This document shows, one piece after another, positions 13,197 through 30,324 of a DNA stretch of 64,000 nt. The stretch is from NCBI RefSeq assembly GCF_009914755.1, contig NC_060936.1, one strand, 5' to 3'. Position 1 is the stretch's first letter, and every line of letters starts with the position of its first letter. The stretch is from the human T2T-CHM13v2.0 reference genome, Homo sapiens. Below the pieces are notes generated by a model. That model saw nothing but the letters and a program-made list of their open reading frames with translations. It was not told the DNA's origin and searched no databases. Both the position numbers and the translations under genes were made by a program.

Positions 13197-15909
13197 CACC
13201 CATCAGAAGCAAGAATTTAAGCTTCAGTCACTCATATTACCTGGGGCAAGAAAATGTTTGGAATTTTGTATTTTGGCAAATGTTTTTGTCTTGCCTGTGT
13301 TCAGACAAGATTGTGGGATGATCTCACCGTTGTCTTAATCCATCATGGTCACAAAGAGGGCTTCTGTGATATCAATATTCTGTGAAAATTATTCCTATTT
13401 TATAAGAGGACAGCAAGGCCTAGCCTATCTCAGAATCAGGAGCAACTTTTCTTCTTTCTCAACGGGTTATTATGAAACAAACAAAGGTCCTGTCTTACCT
13501 TCATTGAGCTTACAATCAGGAAACACAGAGAGGGATTAAGCAAAAAGTTGGTCATATAATTAGTTAATTCCTTAACCTTGTGGTAAGGCCAGCGAAGAGT
13601 AAATCTACAAAAGTCTGTCCATTAAGCTCAGCAAACCTATTGTGGGAGAAATGGGTGGTGTGGGTTAATAAGCCCCAGAGAACACAGGCTTTTCAGAGGT
13701 TGAGAATTATCTATGTCCATGCATACTTTATTTCTATTTTTATATGGAAAAATAAAGCAAGCATACATAAATTTGTATTTTAATGCTTACTATTAAAACA
13801 CCAATTGCACACTCAGGTAAAAGGACTGATTTTGAGATAAAGATGCATGTTCACATGGGAGCCCCCATATGGGTTTGAAGCCAGAGGTCAAATGCTACTT
13901 CAGCCACCCTCTTATGCTGCTAATCTCATAATATCCCCTGAACACTCCAGTGGCAAGTGGATGTCAATGCAGAAACTTTCAGTGAAAGGGAAATATAAAA
14001 GAAATAAGTCACTGTTAACACTAGCATCTCCATCTTCATCCAGGAACTGAAGGGCACAACAAGGACTGCTGCTTTAAAGATGCTTCTAGGGCTGACTCAC
14101 AAATGAATCCAATGGAGTGTGGCTGGCCTCTTCCTTATCCCATGCAAGGGTGAATGAGAATAAATATCCATGTCATTATCACTTTCCATGGTGCACCTTC
14201 CTGTCATGCAACTTGGCTTGCCAGTTTCAGGAGTGGCCTCAGAATCAATTAACAGTGAATTATTTATACTGGCAGCTGCTGCAAAGTGTTTCCAGCTGTT
14301 GTTTTACAAAAGACATCTTGTTCTTTTAAATTGTGCCCTTGCCTTTTGTACGTGACCAAATCCATCAACAGAAATGAATGGGGTTTTCTTTTCCTTTTCT
14401 AGATATAAAGACACGGTCCCATACAGCGTCCCTCAGCTCACTCTTGGAAAGTTATGTCAGTCCTTGCTGTGTAGTTTTCACTGTCGTCTTGCTTGATGGG
14501 ACTCTTAACAACCACTGTGTTTGATCTAATCTGATATGGTTACACATAAGGTAGGTTCTCCCCCCACCAAGTGCAGACACTTGAGAGTCATCTGTAGGTT
14601 ACCATGCACCACTTCACAAGAGAGAAATTGCAGGATGGTGTCCCACAAGGACCTGCCCCCTTTCTTCCATCATCAAGCACTACTCAGAAACACAGCTCTC
14701 TTTCCCAGTAACCAGAGCAAAAGGACATCAGCAAGACAAAATCATAACAAGTTCCAAAGAAATTCACTGAAACCATATAGTCCTTCTACTGCTTTTCATA
14801 TATACACAAATCCATTTTCTTTAGGAAGTCCTTTCACTCTCATGGAAGCAACCAGCCAATAGAGAAACTAATTTGGGAAAATATATTCAGTAAATATTAA
14901 AGTGCTAACCAGATTCAGAGGGGAGGCTTTCATTTATTTATGAGACTTCTGGGAATTTATAAGGGGTTCTGATGTGAGGATGTCTTGAGGAGCCAGGAGA
15001 AGACCCAGAATTAAAGTCTGCATGGGATTAAATTTGCTGACAACTTCAGAGGAGAGATTGCAGGAATTTGGGATGGGGAAGGCTGTCATGAACCCCAAGA
15101 GATAAGGTGAAGAGCAGAGTTGAGGAGAGGATTATTATTATTCCTAAAGAAGAAAATGCTGATAACGACTCTAACCCATCAAGGACTGGTGATTTTGACA
15201 TTGTTACGAGATAGCACCATTGATGTGGAATTTGCAGTTCTCTCCATGGGCCGTTAGCAGGGGTAGTGACAGGGCTCTGCTGTGTGACTGTTCAGGTATC
15301 AGACCTAGGGGAATCTAGAGGCGGAACCTGGCAGTGAATAAGGGCTAGCAAGTTGGTGTGTAGGTACCAGGGAGCCTTCTACTTGGGGTTCTACAGAAAA
15401 CTAACAAACAAAAAGGAAGATGCCTTGAGGACAGCTGACTTCTTCTTTTAGTAAGTAGAGAGCTAGAATTCATGGAATTTGTGAATAAACAATACTGTAC
15501 CCTGAATTTGTCACAACTGAGTTGAAAGGGAAAATCAGTGTCTGTGTGTATCTGTGTGTGCATAGTACAAACTCACCTGTTCCTTACTTTGCAGATGAAA
15601 GTTATAAAGGAAATAATTTAAAAATTTTTACTTTCAGTGGTTATTTCTGGGAGGTGGGATGATGGGCAATTCCTCTTTTCTTATTTACATATTTCTTAAA
15701 TAAGGTACCAAGAAAACTGAGATTGTAAGGAGTTAAAGACGAACATTTTTTTCAGAGCATCAACAGAATATAACGTAAAGAATAGTGTCTTATATGGGTT
15801 CAGGTCCTAGCTTTGCTCCTTGCCATTATAAACTTCAATTGTTTTTCTCATTTTTAAAGATATTATACTTAATATTATAAGTGTAATTTAAGATGTCATT
15901 TTGTATTTG

Positions 15910-16660
<751 letters not shown>

Positions 16661-17404
16661 CAGGGCATCCAACGAGCCTCTGATCATCAGAGCCCTGTGC
16701 CTGACACATAACGGGCAATTGATAATGTCGCTCTTATTCTTATCACATTTTTACAGGAACGACCTCTTTTCTCTTTCACAAAGTTTCCTGGAAGTGCCCT
16801 GCACATCCCTAAGGCATACTTGCTCCATCTATCCTGTCCCAGTCGTCAATACACAATGATGAGTAGAGTCACTTGCAACCTGCTCACACAGCAGCTTTTA
16901 TCAGCTGAAGCCATTTTTCCCAGTCTTGTCTGGCAATGCTGGACATTAGGGATCATCTACTTGGGTCCAAATGGTTATCAAGGGCTACCTGGAGAAACAC
17001 ATCCTAGAAAAGCTTCCCTAACCCCAGAGGACTGGCCGACCTATGAATAGCAGCTCTAACAGACGCCAGACGGATGCAAACTGCCTGGAGACTCACCTTT
17101 AGCCGCTCTGAAATGACACCGACCTTCAAAGGTTGAAATCGGGCACTTTCCATACGAAGGGCAGAGATCGCCGACAGTTTTGCTTTCTTATTATCTGCTT
17201 AATTTATACTTTTATTGATTCTTGCCCTCAGACAAACAAGAAGGTTTAAACATGCATGATTGGAAAACTCAAAGAATGCTAGTTTTGTTTGTTTGCCTTT
17301 TAGCCATACAAAAGAAAAAAAAAAATCATGGGCTGAGAACATGGAAATCTAAGTTAAAATCCCAGATTTGGGACATATTTTACCCATATGATCTTTGTCA
17401 ATAA

Positions 17405-17960
<556 letters not shown>

Positions 17961-18316
17961 GGCCATATTCTGACTGGCCTGTGCCCGTCTTGTAAGCATC
18001 TCCTGTACCAACTTCTAATTAAACCCATTAAAACTATTACATTTGCCACATTTCCCTAAGGGTCCAATAAAATCTCTTATTAATTCTTATTTAACATCGT
18101 GCAGCATTTAGCTCAATTCTAGCTCTATATTCCAATTCTTTCAACCTCAGAGAAATGACTGCAAAACTCAAATACTTCCCTGTCTGTATTATCATCTGGG
18201 AGTTTAGCCAAATAATGTCTTTGGAGCTGAGGGAGATGTGAATCCAAAAACGTCTATTGCTTTGTTTATTTCTACAGAAGACTGAGGAGACTGTTTAAGG
18301 AATGTGCCCACCACCA

Positions 18317-18485
18317 AGGAGGGAAGGGAAGGAGGATTTGAGAGAAAGAGAGAAGAGGAACTAGAGACAGAGGAGAGAGAGGTGGGGAAAAAGGGAGAGA
18401 GAGGGAGAGAGAAAGAGGGAGACAGGAAGAGAGAGAGAGAAGAGAGAGGAGGAAGAGGAAGAGGAGAAGAGCAGGAGAGAAGGAA
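18317..18485 (+). repeat. GA-rich polypurine low-complexity tract
   Basis: About 170 bp almost entirely G/A. Confidence 0.9.
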
Positions 18486-19149
18486 TGGATCAAACACCAC
18501 AATGGAAAGTACACCGCCACCTGTGTATTTTCACAAATCTTTATCATTAGACACCCCAACTCACTGACATTAAGGAAGAAGAAAAACATCAGTGTCTGCA
18601 AAGCACATGCAGACAATGAGAAGCTAATGCATGGAGACAACTTGCCATGTGCCTCCCTTCCCTTCCTCCTCGCTGTCTGCTTCATGGGTTCTCTGATCAC
18701 ACGACTCCTGTCCCTGGGGACAGTCCATATTTATCCATCAGCAGCAAAGCCTTTAGAGGTGCTCTGTTTACTTTGAAAACTTCTTCTTAGGACATCCCTG
18801 GAGAGAGCCCACTCTTCCTCTGCCGATGACTTTCTACATTAGTATGTAGCAAAACTAGAGATATGGATTCGGGGGTTGTCAGCACAAATGCTATTTAAAG
18901 CCATGGGAACAGGTTAGATTACTTGGAGAGTGATACAGTGCCCCATATCCATATTTAGTAATTTCATCCATGCATTTTCTATTTTCCCCAGGAAGGAAAC
19001 TTCTCCAGGGTAGCATATCCATCATGCAATCCTCCGTACCCTGCAGTGCTTGTCTGAGTCGGGGCCCTCATGGTAAGAAAGGATGTGGAACGGCACATCT
19101 GGGTCTGGAACACAGCAGGATGGGAAGTGGGCCAGCTGGCTCATGGCCT

Positions 19150-19860
<711 letters not shown>

Positions 19861-20199
19861 CAAGAAAGCTAGGCCAATTAGGTCCTGCCTGGGGTTCTGT
19901 CCTATCTGGGCACTGAAATATTAGAAATATGATGTGAGGGAGTTCAGATTTTAAACACCTGTTGGGGAATACAAATGAGTTCTGTCCCCATCAAAGCAGA
20001 CAGAGCCCTCCAGTGGACACTGAAAACGTTCTCGAGCAGCACGGGTCTCTGCTCATTTGTGTTTCTGTGACACTCACCTGCAGGCTGACTGGAGCCAATA
20101 CACCCCACAGACACAAGAATCAGGCCAGCTGGCCATCGCCTGCAGCAAACGTCAACGTCTGGTGATCCAAACCCCAATCATGACATGTAGTTTAACAGG

Positions 20200-20620
20200 A
20201 ATGAGTTGTTCCTTTTACATCAAATTACCAACTTAGACAGCCTTTAAAATTTCCCCCATTCAATTCTTTACCAAATTCTACTAGTTGCAGCTTAAATATA
20301 GATGTAGATGGTCCACACCTCACCATGTCCATCAGCACCCATCTGGTCCACACCACCATCTACCCTCCTATCTGAACAATTGCAAGAGTCCCAATTGCCC
20401 CCAGATCCTCTCATGCCTCTACCAGAGCAATCCTCCTACAGAATACATCAGACTTTGCCCCTCCACTTAAACATCATCAACATCCATTGCACCGGGAACA
20501 AAATTTGCAAATAAAGAATCCCAAGAGTGTGTGATGGACCCCAGCTCACACACCACCTCCACCCTCCATCTCCTGCCCCTTCCTCTTGCTCACTGTGCAC
20601 AGTCTCAGGGTTACTCACTG
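20200..20620 (+). mobile_element. L2 fragment
   Basis: tggtccacaccaccatctaccctcctatctgaacaattgcaagagtccc...tgctcactgtgcacagtc. Confidence 0.55.
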
Positions 20621-21920
20621 GAGACAAAGCAACAGTCAGCCTTCACGAAAGGGGACCTCCTTTCAGACGCCTTCACGTAAGAAGGTCCAAAATCCTAGCT
20701 AAGCACACAGACTTGATTAGCATTGCTGATTGACTCTGAGAAGAAAGCAACATTTGAGGGGAAAGCTTGTTTTCGGCCATTTCAGGAAGACACGTGTGGG
20801 TCACAGGTAGGACGGCGGTGACAGCTGCCAGCGCACGTGGCATAAGAGCCACCGAGCTGTGACGCTCCTGAGCCATTCATCAGCCCTGGCAGCAGGACGT
20901 TGATGTTGATGAAGCAGCAAGCATGGGGGGAGGAATGAAAGATGCTCCCGTGCCTCCGCCTTGGCGCCGTCTTCCCTCCACACGCCAGGGCAGGGGAGCA
21001 TCTGCCTCCTCAGGTGACACGGACGCTGCTCCCTGGCTGAGAGATGAATTATAGACAGATTGAAGACACTCCCTTTAGGGATGATGCTCTTCCTCACCCC
21101 CACCCATAATGCAAAATTAATATGAGGAGGGGTGAATGCAAATCTCTATCCACATGAAGCAGGAAAGAAGCTTTTAAAATAACATTCACCTGGGAAGGAA
21201 GCATTGCATCATGTGGAGTTGCTTAATAAACCTCAAGAAAAGCTCCCAAGAGCAGAGAGGGGCACTTGGCAGGGCCCCTGTTGACTCACAGAATATCCAG
21301 GAACAGCCTCCATCGGCTGCCCTTTCCCGAGCACTGGGGGCTTACCAGCGTGGGGAGGGCCTGGAGGACGAGCGTGTGCTGCTTCTCCCTTCATACTTTT
21401 GACTCCCTCTGCCCTTTGCCAACACCAAGAGGCCTTTGTACCATGTGGTCTCTGCCTGGAACACTCTCCCTTCAGAAATCCAGGCTCACTCCTTCATATT
21501 CTTCTGTTCTTTCTAAATGCCAGCTTCTCAAGAGTATCCAATGCTGATTTATTATTGTAATGCTGATGAACTACTATACTGATTTTCTTTTCCCTACAAA
21601 TTGCTTTGAGATTTTCGAATAATACAATTAGATGGGTCATCCAGCATTCGTAATATGGTCAGATAAAAATTAAAACCATAATAAAAAATAAACTTATTTA
21701 TAGTAATAAGAAACCAAGCCCCCAATTTTTAATGGTTTTGAACTGCCTGACAGGTGAGATTCTTGTTTTAGGATTGGAGTTTTCAAAACTTCAAAGAGTC
21801 ATTTGCAGGCCAATATAAATATTAGTATAAATAGTACTCAAGCAAAGTTTCCAAAAATCCCCTTAAAAGAAGCAAGTGTTCTCCCTAAATTGTATACAGA
21901 TCTTTTATTTTCACCATTTA

Positions 21921-22690
<770 letters not shown>

Positions 22691-25369
22691 TTAAAATCAA
22701 GCAAATAAGCAAATAAAACAAAACATTGGCACCTTCTCTTCCCTACACCTTGCTCTCCACCCATGACACATTATCTATTGATATTTTTCACAGCAAAACA
22801 CCTCCAAAGAGCCACCTGTGACCCTCTTTGATGGCTTTGTCTCTTATTGCCATTTTGTTCATAAAGATCAGTCTTGCAATTTTTCCAAAGTCACCAAAAT
22901 AATCAATGCCAGAGCTCAAAACTAAGCCTGTCTTATAAGTAAGCAAGCAATACATTGAACTGCAGCTATGAGTATTAAACACACACACATACACACAGGA
23001 AAGCTAAAGTCCTCTTTGGTACCTATTTTAAGACATCAGGCTGTACACAATAAATATATACCACTTTTATTTGTTGATTAAAGAATGAATGAACTTTAAA
23101 AATAAAGTCCTTTTGACCTCACTTTTTCTTCATGATTACCCTGAGTTAATTTGTATTGTCATCAATGTGGCATATTACGTAGATATTGATACAGGTACAG
23201 ATACACACATACATATATGCATATGTAGGTATGTGCACTTATGCATGCATGCACACATATATATGCGTGCTAAAAAATATGGTTTTGGTTTGTGATTTTT
23301 AAATATCATGCATTGTATGTATGTGTTGGTTATTTAACAATGCATGTCTTTGTCATTTAGCCTAACATTTAGCATAGACCTGCTGCATCCTTTGGGCTCT
23401 CTGAGAGTATTGCTACAGCACACCTATGCCGGAAGATTATTTCATTGGCAGGTATTTTATTGCTTCTAAAAGTTCCATTTTACTGCAATGAACATCTTTT
23501 TACATAGGTGCCTTGGTGTGTGTGTCCTCAGCTAACATTTATCATGTGCCAGGGAAGATACATTTTATAACCATTATATAATTTTCAAACCGCCCTTTGA
23601 GGAGGTGGATAATCTGGATTCATATCCAGTCCATCGCTCTAGAGTGGGGATGCTACCCCCCTGCTAGGATGTCCATATTCATGAGTGAGTAGTTCACCAG
23701 GCATCATGCTTCTCTTTCTCTAAGTTTTCCAAATTTTCTGTCAAATATGCATCAATTATTCTGGGTCTAAATAACACACACCCATAAACAAGCATAAATG
23801 AACTTAATGCAAATGTGTGTGTGTGCAAGAACCCCTAAGTCGACCATGCTTAGAACAATTAAATGACAGCAAATTCAGGAGAGAGAAAATAGAAGAGCCC
23901 TATGGAGCCTAATTCTTAAAGATCATACATTCCACAATTGCTTTTCACCATTCTGAGGGGCTTGGGAAAATCCTAATCAGCTCATTTCACGGGCAAGAAT
24001 GCCTGAAAAAAACCACCTCCATTGTTCTGAGACTTCTCTTTTTTTTTTCCTCTTTCCTAACTCTTCCCATTGCCCTGAGACTCCAGTGACATTTTTAATC
24101 ACCCGTGAGATGGCCTCTCCATGCTGGCTTGCCTTTCTGCAAAATGTGGATCAAAACGATGGATAATTCAGATACATCATTTGTTAATAAATGTATTACT
24201 AGATCTAAAGGCAGATTTCCTTTTTATTTGGGTTGATGTGTTGGCAGTTAAACACTATATCTCACCAAGAACAAAATAATTATTTTTGCTTTTGACACAA
24301 CCAGGATACATATTTCAATTTATTCACTTATGCAATCACTTTTACCATCAGCCCACTCAGCCAGAAAAACTCATAAAACACAGTTTGATTTTTCTTTTTT
24401 CAAATGGTGCAGGCGGCCAAGCTTCATGTCCTTAGTTACCTTATTTTATACTCTTGCACTCCAGCATGAGATGCTGAGCAGAGCCCTTCTTCGCCGGCCA
24501 GGAACCCTGGACTTTCTACCCTCCCCAGCCCCTACCTGTGCCTGGCATATGAATGTGTTTCTACTTCATGCCTTTGTTCTTCTGATTCCGACTAAATCCT
24601 GTAATAGATCTGAAGTGTGTGCCCCATTTGTCTGGGTACAATTATGAATTGATTTCCATTCCCAGAGTGAGGGTCCCTTCCCCTCTGGGTGCATATGTGA
24701 GTCTCACAATGCCCAGACCGCTTCACTCAATAAAGTGGTAAATTCACATCTGGCCTTGCAGTTGCCAGAAGAGACCATGAATTGGCTCAATTGGAAAGAA
24801 AATGTGGTGGACCCACTGGAAGATTGCCCTCTTCTCATCCCATGTTCAGCTGCAGAAATGTTAAGATTGTCTGATGTCTCTTTCTGAAGATGGGCACAGA
24901 AAGCTCCACTTTTCAAGATCCACGAGATGTCATTTGAGCTAGGATAGGCATTTTGTCTTTGGGATCCATTAATCTGCTTGTGCTTCTCCCATTAGCTGAA
25001 GATTCCCTGAAGCTCCTGAATATCATCCCTTGAGGTCAGCGAGATACATTTTCAATTTCCACCTGCAAATTAGACTAGGGCATACTTTTCTGGAAATATC
25101 GGAAAGAAAAAGATGTAAAACTCTGGTCGTAATTTTTTTTTCACACCAGAGATGGGGAAGGAATACTGTTTTAAAGACAAAAGCTCAGTGAATTTTGTAA
25201 AACTTAGGAAGGATAATTAAAGCCATATTTTGGAGCCTCACTGGATAGGAGAGAGAGATCACACTGCAGTAAAGATGCCCTGGGGCTGTTGAGACCAACA
25301 GCAAACTTTATTCTTTGACGTGTTGGAGTTGACTTCTGTTTCTCTCTTACCTCAACTCACTGTATCCCA

Positions 25370-25960
25370 AATCAATCAATAGATGAGTATTGCATACCTG
25401 ATCCCTACTAGCACGTGCTAGATACTGCAGGGACCATAAGAAACATATCACATGCCAAACTTCCCTCTAGGAGCTCACAGTCTAACTAGGAGAATGACTG
25501 GTTAAGGTTTAGATTGTATTGAACTGTAAGTAATATACAACCTGAAAAAGTAGAGTAATGAACAAGTAAGAACACACACGAGACCTCAGGACTTAGACTG
25601 TTTAGGAATAGTATGATGATCCCTCATTGCCAACAGAAGCACATGCTTCTCCCAGTGTCCTGCTCTGCCAACTTACCCATGTGGCTTTATCTCCTCATAG
25701 TCACAAAATGACTGCTTCACCTCCTGTATCACACGCACACTCCAAAGTTAAAAAAGGGATGGACAAAGCAAAAAGACAGACCCAACTGAGATAATCATCT
25801 TACAGAGGCTTCCTAGAAGCTCTTCCCAGCAACTTCTGTTTACATCTCTAGGCTCAAAACGGTGACTCACGGCCTCCTCCAGCTGCAGATAGCCTAGTGG
25901 AAAATAGTGTTTTTCCTCAACATGAAAATAAAATCTAGGTTATTACGGAAGAAAGGTGAA
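25370..25960 (-). mobile_element. L2 tail fragment followed by old MLT1/LTR33-like LTR
   Basis: ttccctctaggagctcacagtctaa; catagtcacaaaatgactgc...ccagcaacttctgtttacatctc. Confidence 0.55.
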
Positions 25961-26429
25961 ACAGGTATGAGTGTGTTAAGGGTGCTTGTCGTAGGCAAAA
26001 AAATAAAGATGGAAAGGTAATTGTTAATGGAAGGAAGTAGGTAGGAAGGTGTTTGTGAGGATTCAGGAAGGCGGCTCTCAAGAATCCTCAGAGGGGAACT
26101 TGATCCCACAGGAATCTTGGTCCTCATTAGGATCATGAGCCAGACGATGATGGTAACAAATAGAGACTTCTGTTTCCCGGGAGACTGCCTGCCGTGAGTG
26201 TCTTACCTGGAGTAGTGGGAAATAGGTGTGAATGGGTGGCCTTCAGAAACTGGTAGTTCAATCACCGGTTGCAGGTCCTGGAAGAATGCAAAGCAAGAGG
26301 AGGGCTTTTTTAAGTAGCCCTTGTGATCTGGTTCTGTCCTCTCTTACAAAGCATGAAGGCCTTGTTCTCTCACACGTGGTTTCCCTCTGGCACCCCGTAC
26401 ATCGGTCTCTGCAGACCCTTCATTTTAGA

Positions 26430-27083
26430 TGAGCTGTTCTGAATCCACACTACACATTAGAATAAAGTGCATAACCTAAAAAATACAAATGTGCAGGCTC
26501 CACCCCAGAGAAATTAAATCAGGATCTCTAGAGCGTGGGGAGAGGGAATATTTTTCAAATTACTAGATTTAATTTTAGAGCAGTTTTAGTTTTATAGAAA
26601 AATTGAGCTGAAAGTACAGAGAGTTCCCACATACCTCCTTTCCCCCAAATAAACAGCACTCCCCAGTGTCAACATCTTGGATCACTGCGGTACGATGGTT
26701 AAGTTGATGAGCTAATTCTAATATTGACACATTATTAACTAAACTCCGTAGCTTTCATTAGGGTTCACTGTTTGTGTTGTCATGTTCTACAGGTTTTGAC
26801 AAACGCATTCACCAGTTCAAGAGTTTTCAGAAAGTCCCATATCCACCATTTCAGTATGAAACAGAATAATCTCATGTACCAAAAGTCCTCTGTGTTCTAC
26901 CTATTCATCCCTCCCTCTCCCCTAATTCCTGGTAACCACTGGCCTTTTTTTTTATTTCCATAGTTTTGCCTTTCCTAGAATATGACATAGTTAGAATAAT
27001 TAGGTATATAGTTATAGCTAAAATCGGTATATTTTGAAGGTCTCCAGGAAATTCTAATATGCAGCAGCATTGAAAACCACTAG
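26430..27083. mobile_element. MER5 (hAT-Charlie) split by an L1 insertion
   Basis: aaatacaaatgtgcaggctccaccccagagaaattaaatcaggatctct and ctccaggaaattctaatatgcagcagcattgaaaaccact. Confidence 0.7.
26548..27012 (-). mobile_element. L1MC/L1MD 3' end
   Basis: ttttagagcagttttag...aaaattgagctgaaagtacagagagttccca. Confidence 0.85.
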
Positions 27084-27479
27084 GCTATAATATAGAATGA
27101 TGTTCTAGTAATGTATCTGAACGATTTTTTTTAACATACTCAAAGTGCAATCCCATTTCACAGATAAAATGTATGTTCTGAAAGAGGAAGTGACTTGACC
27201 ATGGCCATGTGTGAATATGAAGACTGTAAGTGTATCACATTGTTGTTCTGAGATAAACTGGTTAATGCAAATTAAAGTGTTTTCTCTCGTAGGGTTGTCT
27301 TTCTTCTAACATCCATGCATTGCACAGATGTTTATTGAGAATCATTTCTGAGTCAAGCAGCAACCCTGGTGCAGTAGCTACAACCGTATATCTGAAACCA
27401 CTGCTGAACCCACAGGCCTCGGGTTTGTGGAGGTTATGGACAAGTGAACAGCTGTGTAAAGTAGGGCGGTGATATAATG

Positions 27480-27700
27480 GCCATCCCTGAATACTGCTCT
27501 AGGTCCTTTACCATTAACTCCTTTAATCCTCACAAGAGCCCCTTGATGTAGGTATCATTATAACCTCATTTTACAGATGAGGTTACAGAAACTGAGGCAC
27601 ATAAAAAGAAAGTGCTTTGTCTAGGGTTATATAAAATATAGATGGCAGAGCCAACATTTAAACACAGGAGGGACTGCCCCATGCATTAGACTGTTTACTG
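27480..27700 (-). mobile_element. MIR
   Basis: tttaatcctcacaag...cattttacagatgagg...gaaactgaggcac. Confidence 0.8.
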
Positions 27701-28946
27701 AGAATTTTTCCTGTGTCCTGCAGTATTTTACACTTTCATTACTGTGGCCATGGGGTTCTGAAAGTCTCCTTCTCTGTAAACAACCCTGTGACACATGATT
27801 CTGGAGGTGACTGTTGAAGCAGAACACATTCCATATGGCGTTTTGACGTGGAAGCTGACTGTGTTCACCTGGCAAGCGTACAAATGTCTCCAAAATCCCA
27901 TTCCTTAGAACAAAAGGTTTGAACATCGTTGCATTCAATTGTCTCTACAGAATGAATAATACCAACTGCCATGGTTTCAGAGTCAGGTGCTTAAGAATTA
28001 CTTCACTTGTGGGAGCTTATCTGCGGCTCTGTATTTACTGTGATTGAATAGTTTCACATTGATGAGGGAAATGGCTCTCTTAACTAGGTCATCTCTTACT
28101 GGCATTTACAAGTTTTAAATTTAAAATCCAACCATACGTCATTGCATTGCAAACAACACCTGGAATACCAGTTACTATTAGTAATAATATTACTAATACA
28201 ATTAGTAATAACTAGTATACTGTTAGTATGTTGTTACTAAAAACATACATAAAAACGGTATGTTTCTTTTCATTGACTTTGATAAATAAAGTGGTTAAAA
28301 AAAACAAACAAACAATCTTAAGCATGAAACATTGGTATGCCAACCACCCATAAGAAGCCACTCAAGAGCTTAACAAATTAGAAGAATCCAAAAGTATCTA
28401 TAAATGCCCTAGGGACGATACTACCAAAAGTAGGATATCACAAATGCCATGAACAGGAGCATTAAAGAAACTCTTATGCATCACTTAACAGAGATGCCAG
28501 CTCACGATCTGCTACTCGTGAATTTCCTATCCATAATCTTTTAGTAGAAGATGCTACCAAAGAGGTTGGTAATGCAAGCACAACCCCAGAGTCGAGTCTC
28601 TTTGCCCCCTTTCGGGTTCCATGATGAATGCAGAGGCAATTACCATGGGAAGGGAAACGCAATGCATTGATTGGCGGAGCTTTGGACTCCTAACCAGAGC
28701 TATTGCCGGAAGCTCAGGGCCTCTGCTAACAGCAGAGTGTCAAAGTGGAGAACAGGTGTTGTCCCAGGAAATCGGTGTTCCATTACCTGGACAAGGGAGA
28801 GGGGGTGGATATGGGTCAAGAACAGCCAAGGATGTTCCTTGAGATGTGCATTTACTTGCCTGCTCCAGGGCACCATGCTAACTGTGCTAAAAACTTGGTA
28901 ATGTCATTGTGGCCGGTCCTGTTATTTAAGATGAGGTCCTTCTTGG

Positions 28947-28978
28947 ATGATGATGATGATGATGATAATGATGATGAT
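28947..28978 (+). repeat. (GAT)n microsatellite at the tail of a MIR (about 28980-29145, minus)
   Basis: gatgatgatgatgatgataatgatgatgat. Confidence 0.9.
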
Positions 28979-29095
28979 TAAACAGCTATCACTTATTGAG
29001 TGCTTATTAAATTTCAGGCATGATACTAAATTGCATTTGTCACTCAACTTTGGACAATGACCCTGTAAAATACGCACTATTATTATTATTGTTAA

Positions 29096-29505
<410 letters not shown>

Positions 29506-29596
29506 TAACATCTAGTTGCTAGTAGATCCTGACTCTCCATCCTACTTGACCATACTCTCACTCATGGCAGTCCACAATGATAAGTAAAAATAAAAT

Positions 29597-29642
29597 AATA
29601 CAATACAATACAATACAATACAATACAATACAATACAATACA
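29597..29642 (+). repeat. (AATAC)n pentanucleotide repeat
   Basis: About 9 perfect units. Confidence 0.95.
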
Positions 29643-30025
29643 TCTACCACAACCAAAAACAATAAAAGGCTAAATCTTGAGGACTGAGTAAAAATTTGAC
29701 TACAAACAGGCAACCTGACTCAGTACATCTTTGTAAGAGGCTTTTGATAAAGGGGCTGAGATAAGGAGAAATGCAGTGGATCTTTTAAAGCCAAAAATAT
29801 CGTTGAACTGCATCTCTCCTACGGTAGGAAAGCGACATTCCTGAGTCGGGTTTCTTGCATGGCGACCTCCTCATCTCAACTTCGTGTAAGCCCTGGACTA
29901 TTTGGAGACAATCTTCTATGTATGTAGGGTCCCCGTGTCCAGATTTGGCATCTAGCTGCCTTGTGAAGAACCTGAGTTGGGCTTTTATCTCTTGGTCATT
30001 TTTTAAATTTTAACTTAATATTTAT

Positions 30026-30324
30026 ATTTTTTTTTTTTGAGACGGTGTCTCACTCTGTCACCCAGGCTGGAGTGCAGTGGCCCCCGATCTTGGCTCACCG
30101 CAACCTCTGCCTCCCAGGCTCAAGCGATTCTCCTGCCTCAGCCTCCCAAGTAGCTGCAATTACAGGTGCCTACCAGCAGGCCCCGCTACTTTTTTTGTAT
30201 TTTTAGTAGAGATGGGGTTTCACCATGTTGGCCAGGCTGGTCTTGATGCCCTGACCTCAAGTGATCCCCCTGCCTCAGCCTCCCAAAGTGCTGGGATTAC
30301 AAGCGTGAGCCGGTACGCCCAGCC
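30026..30324 (-). mobile_element. Alu (AluS) at the tail of an L1MA
   Basis: Full reverse Alu. Confidence 0.95.

Noticed and set aside
18204-18700. E/R/G-rich and S/L-rich ORFs
   Set aside because: Translations of the GA tract.
28330-28750. Coding-like composition, possible old retroelement or pseudogene
   Set aside because: Stops in the frames I read and no recognisable motif; cannot be supported.
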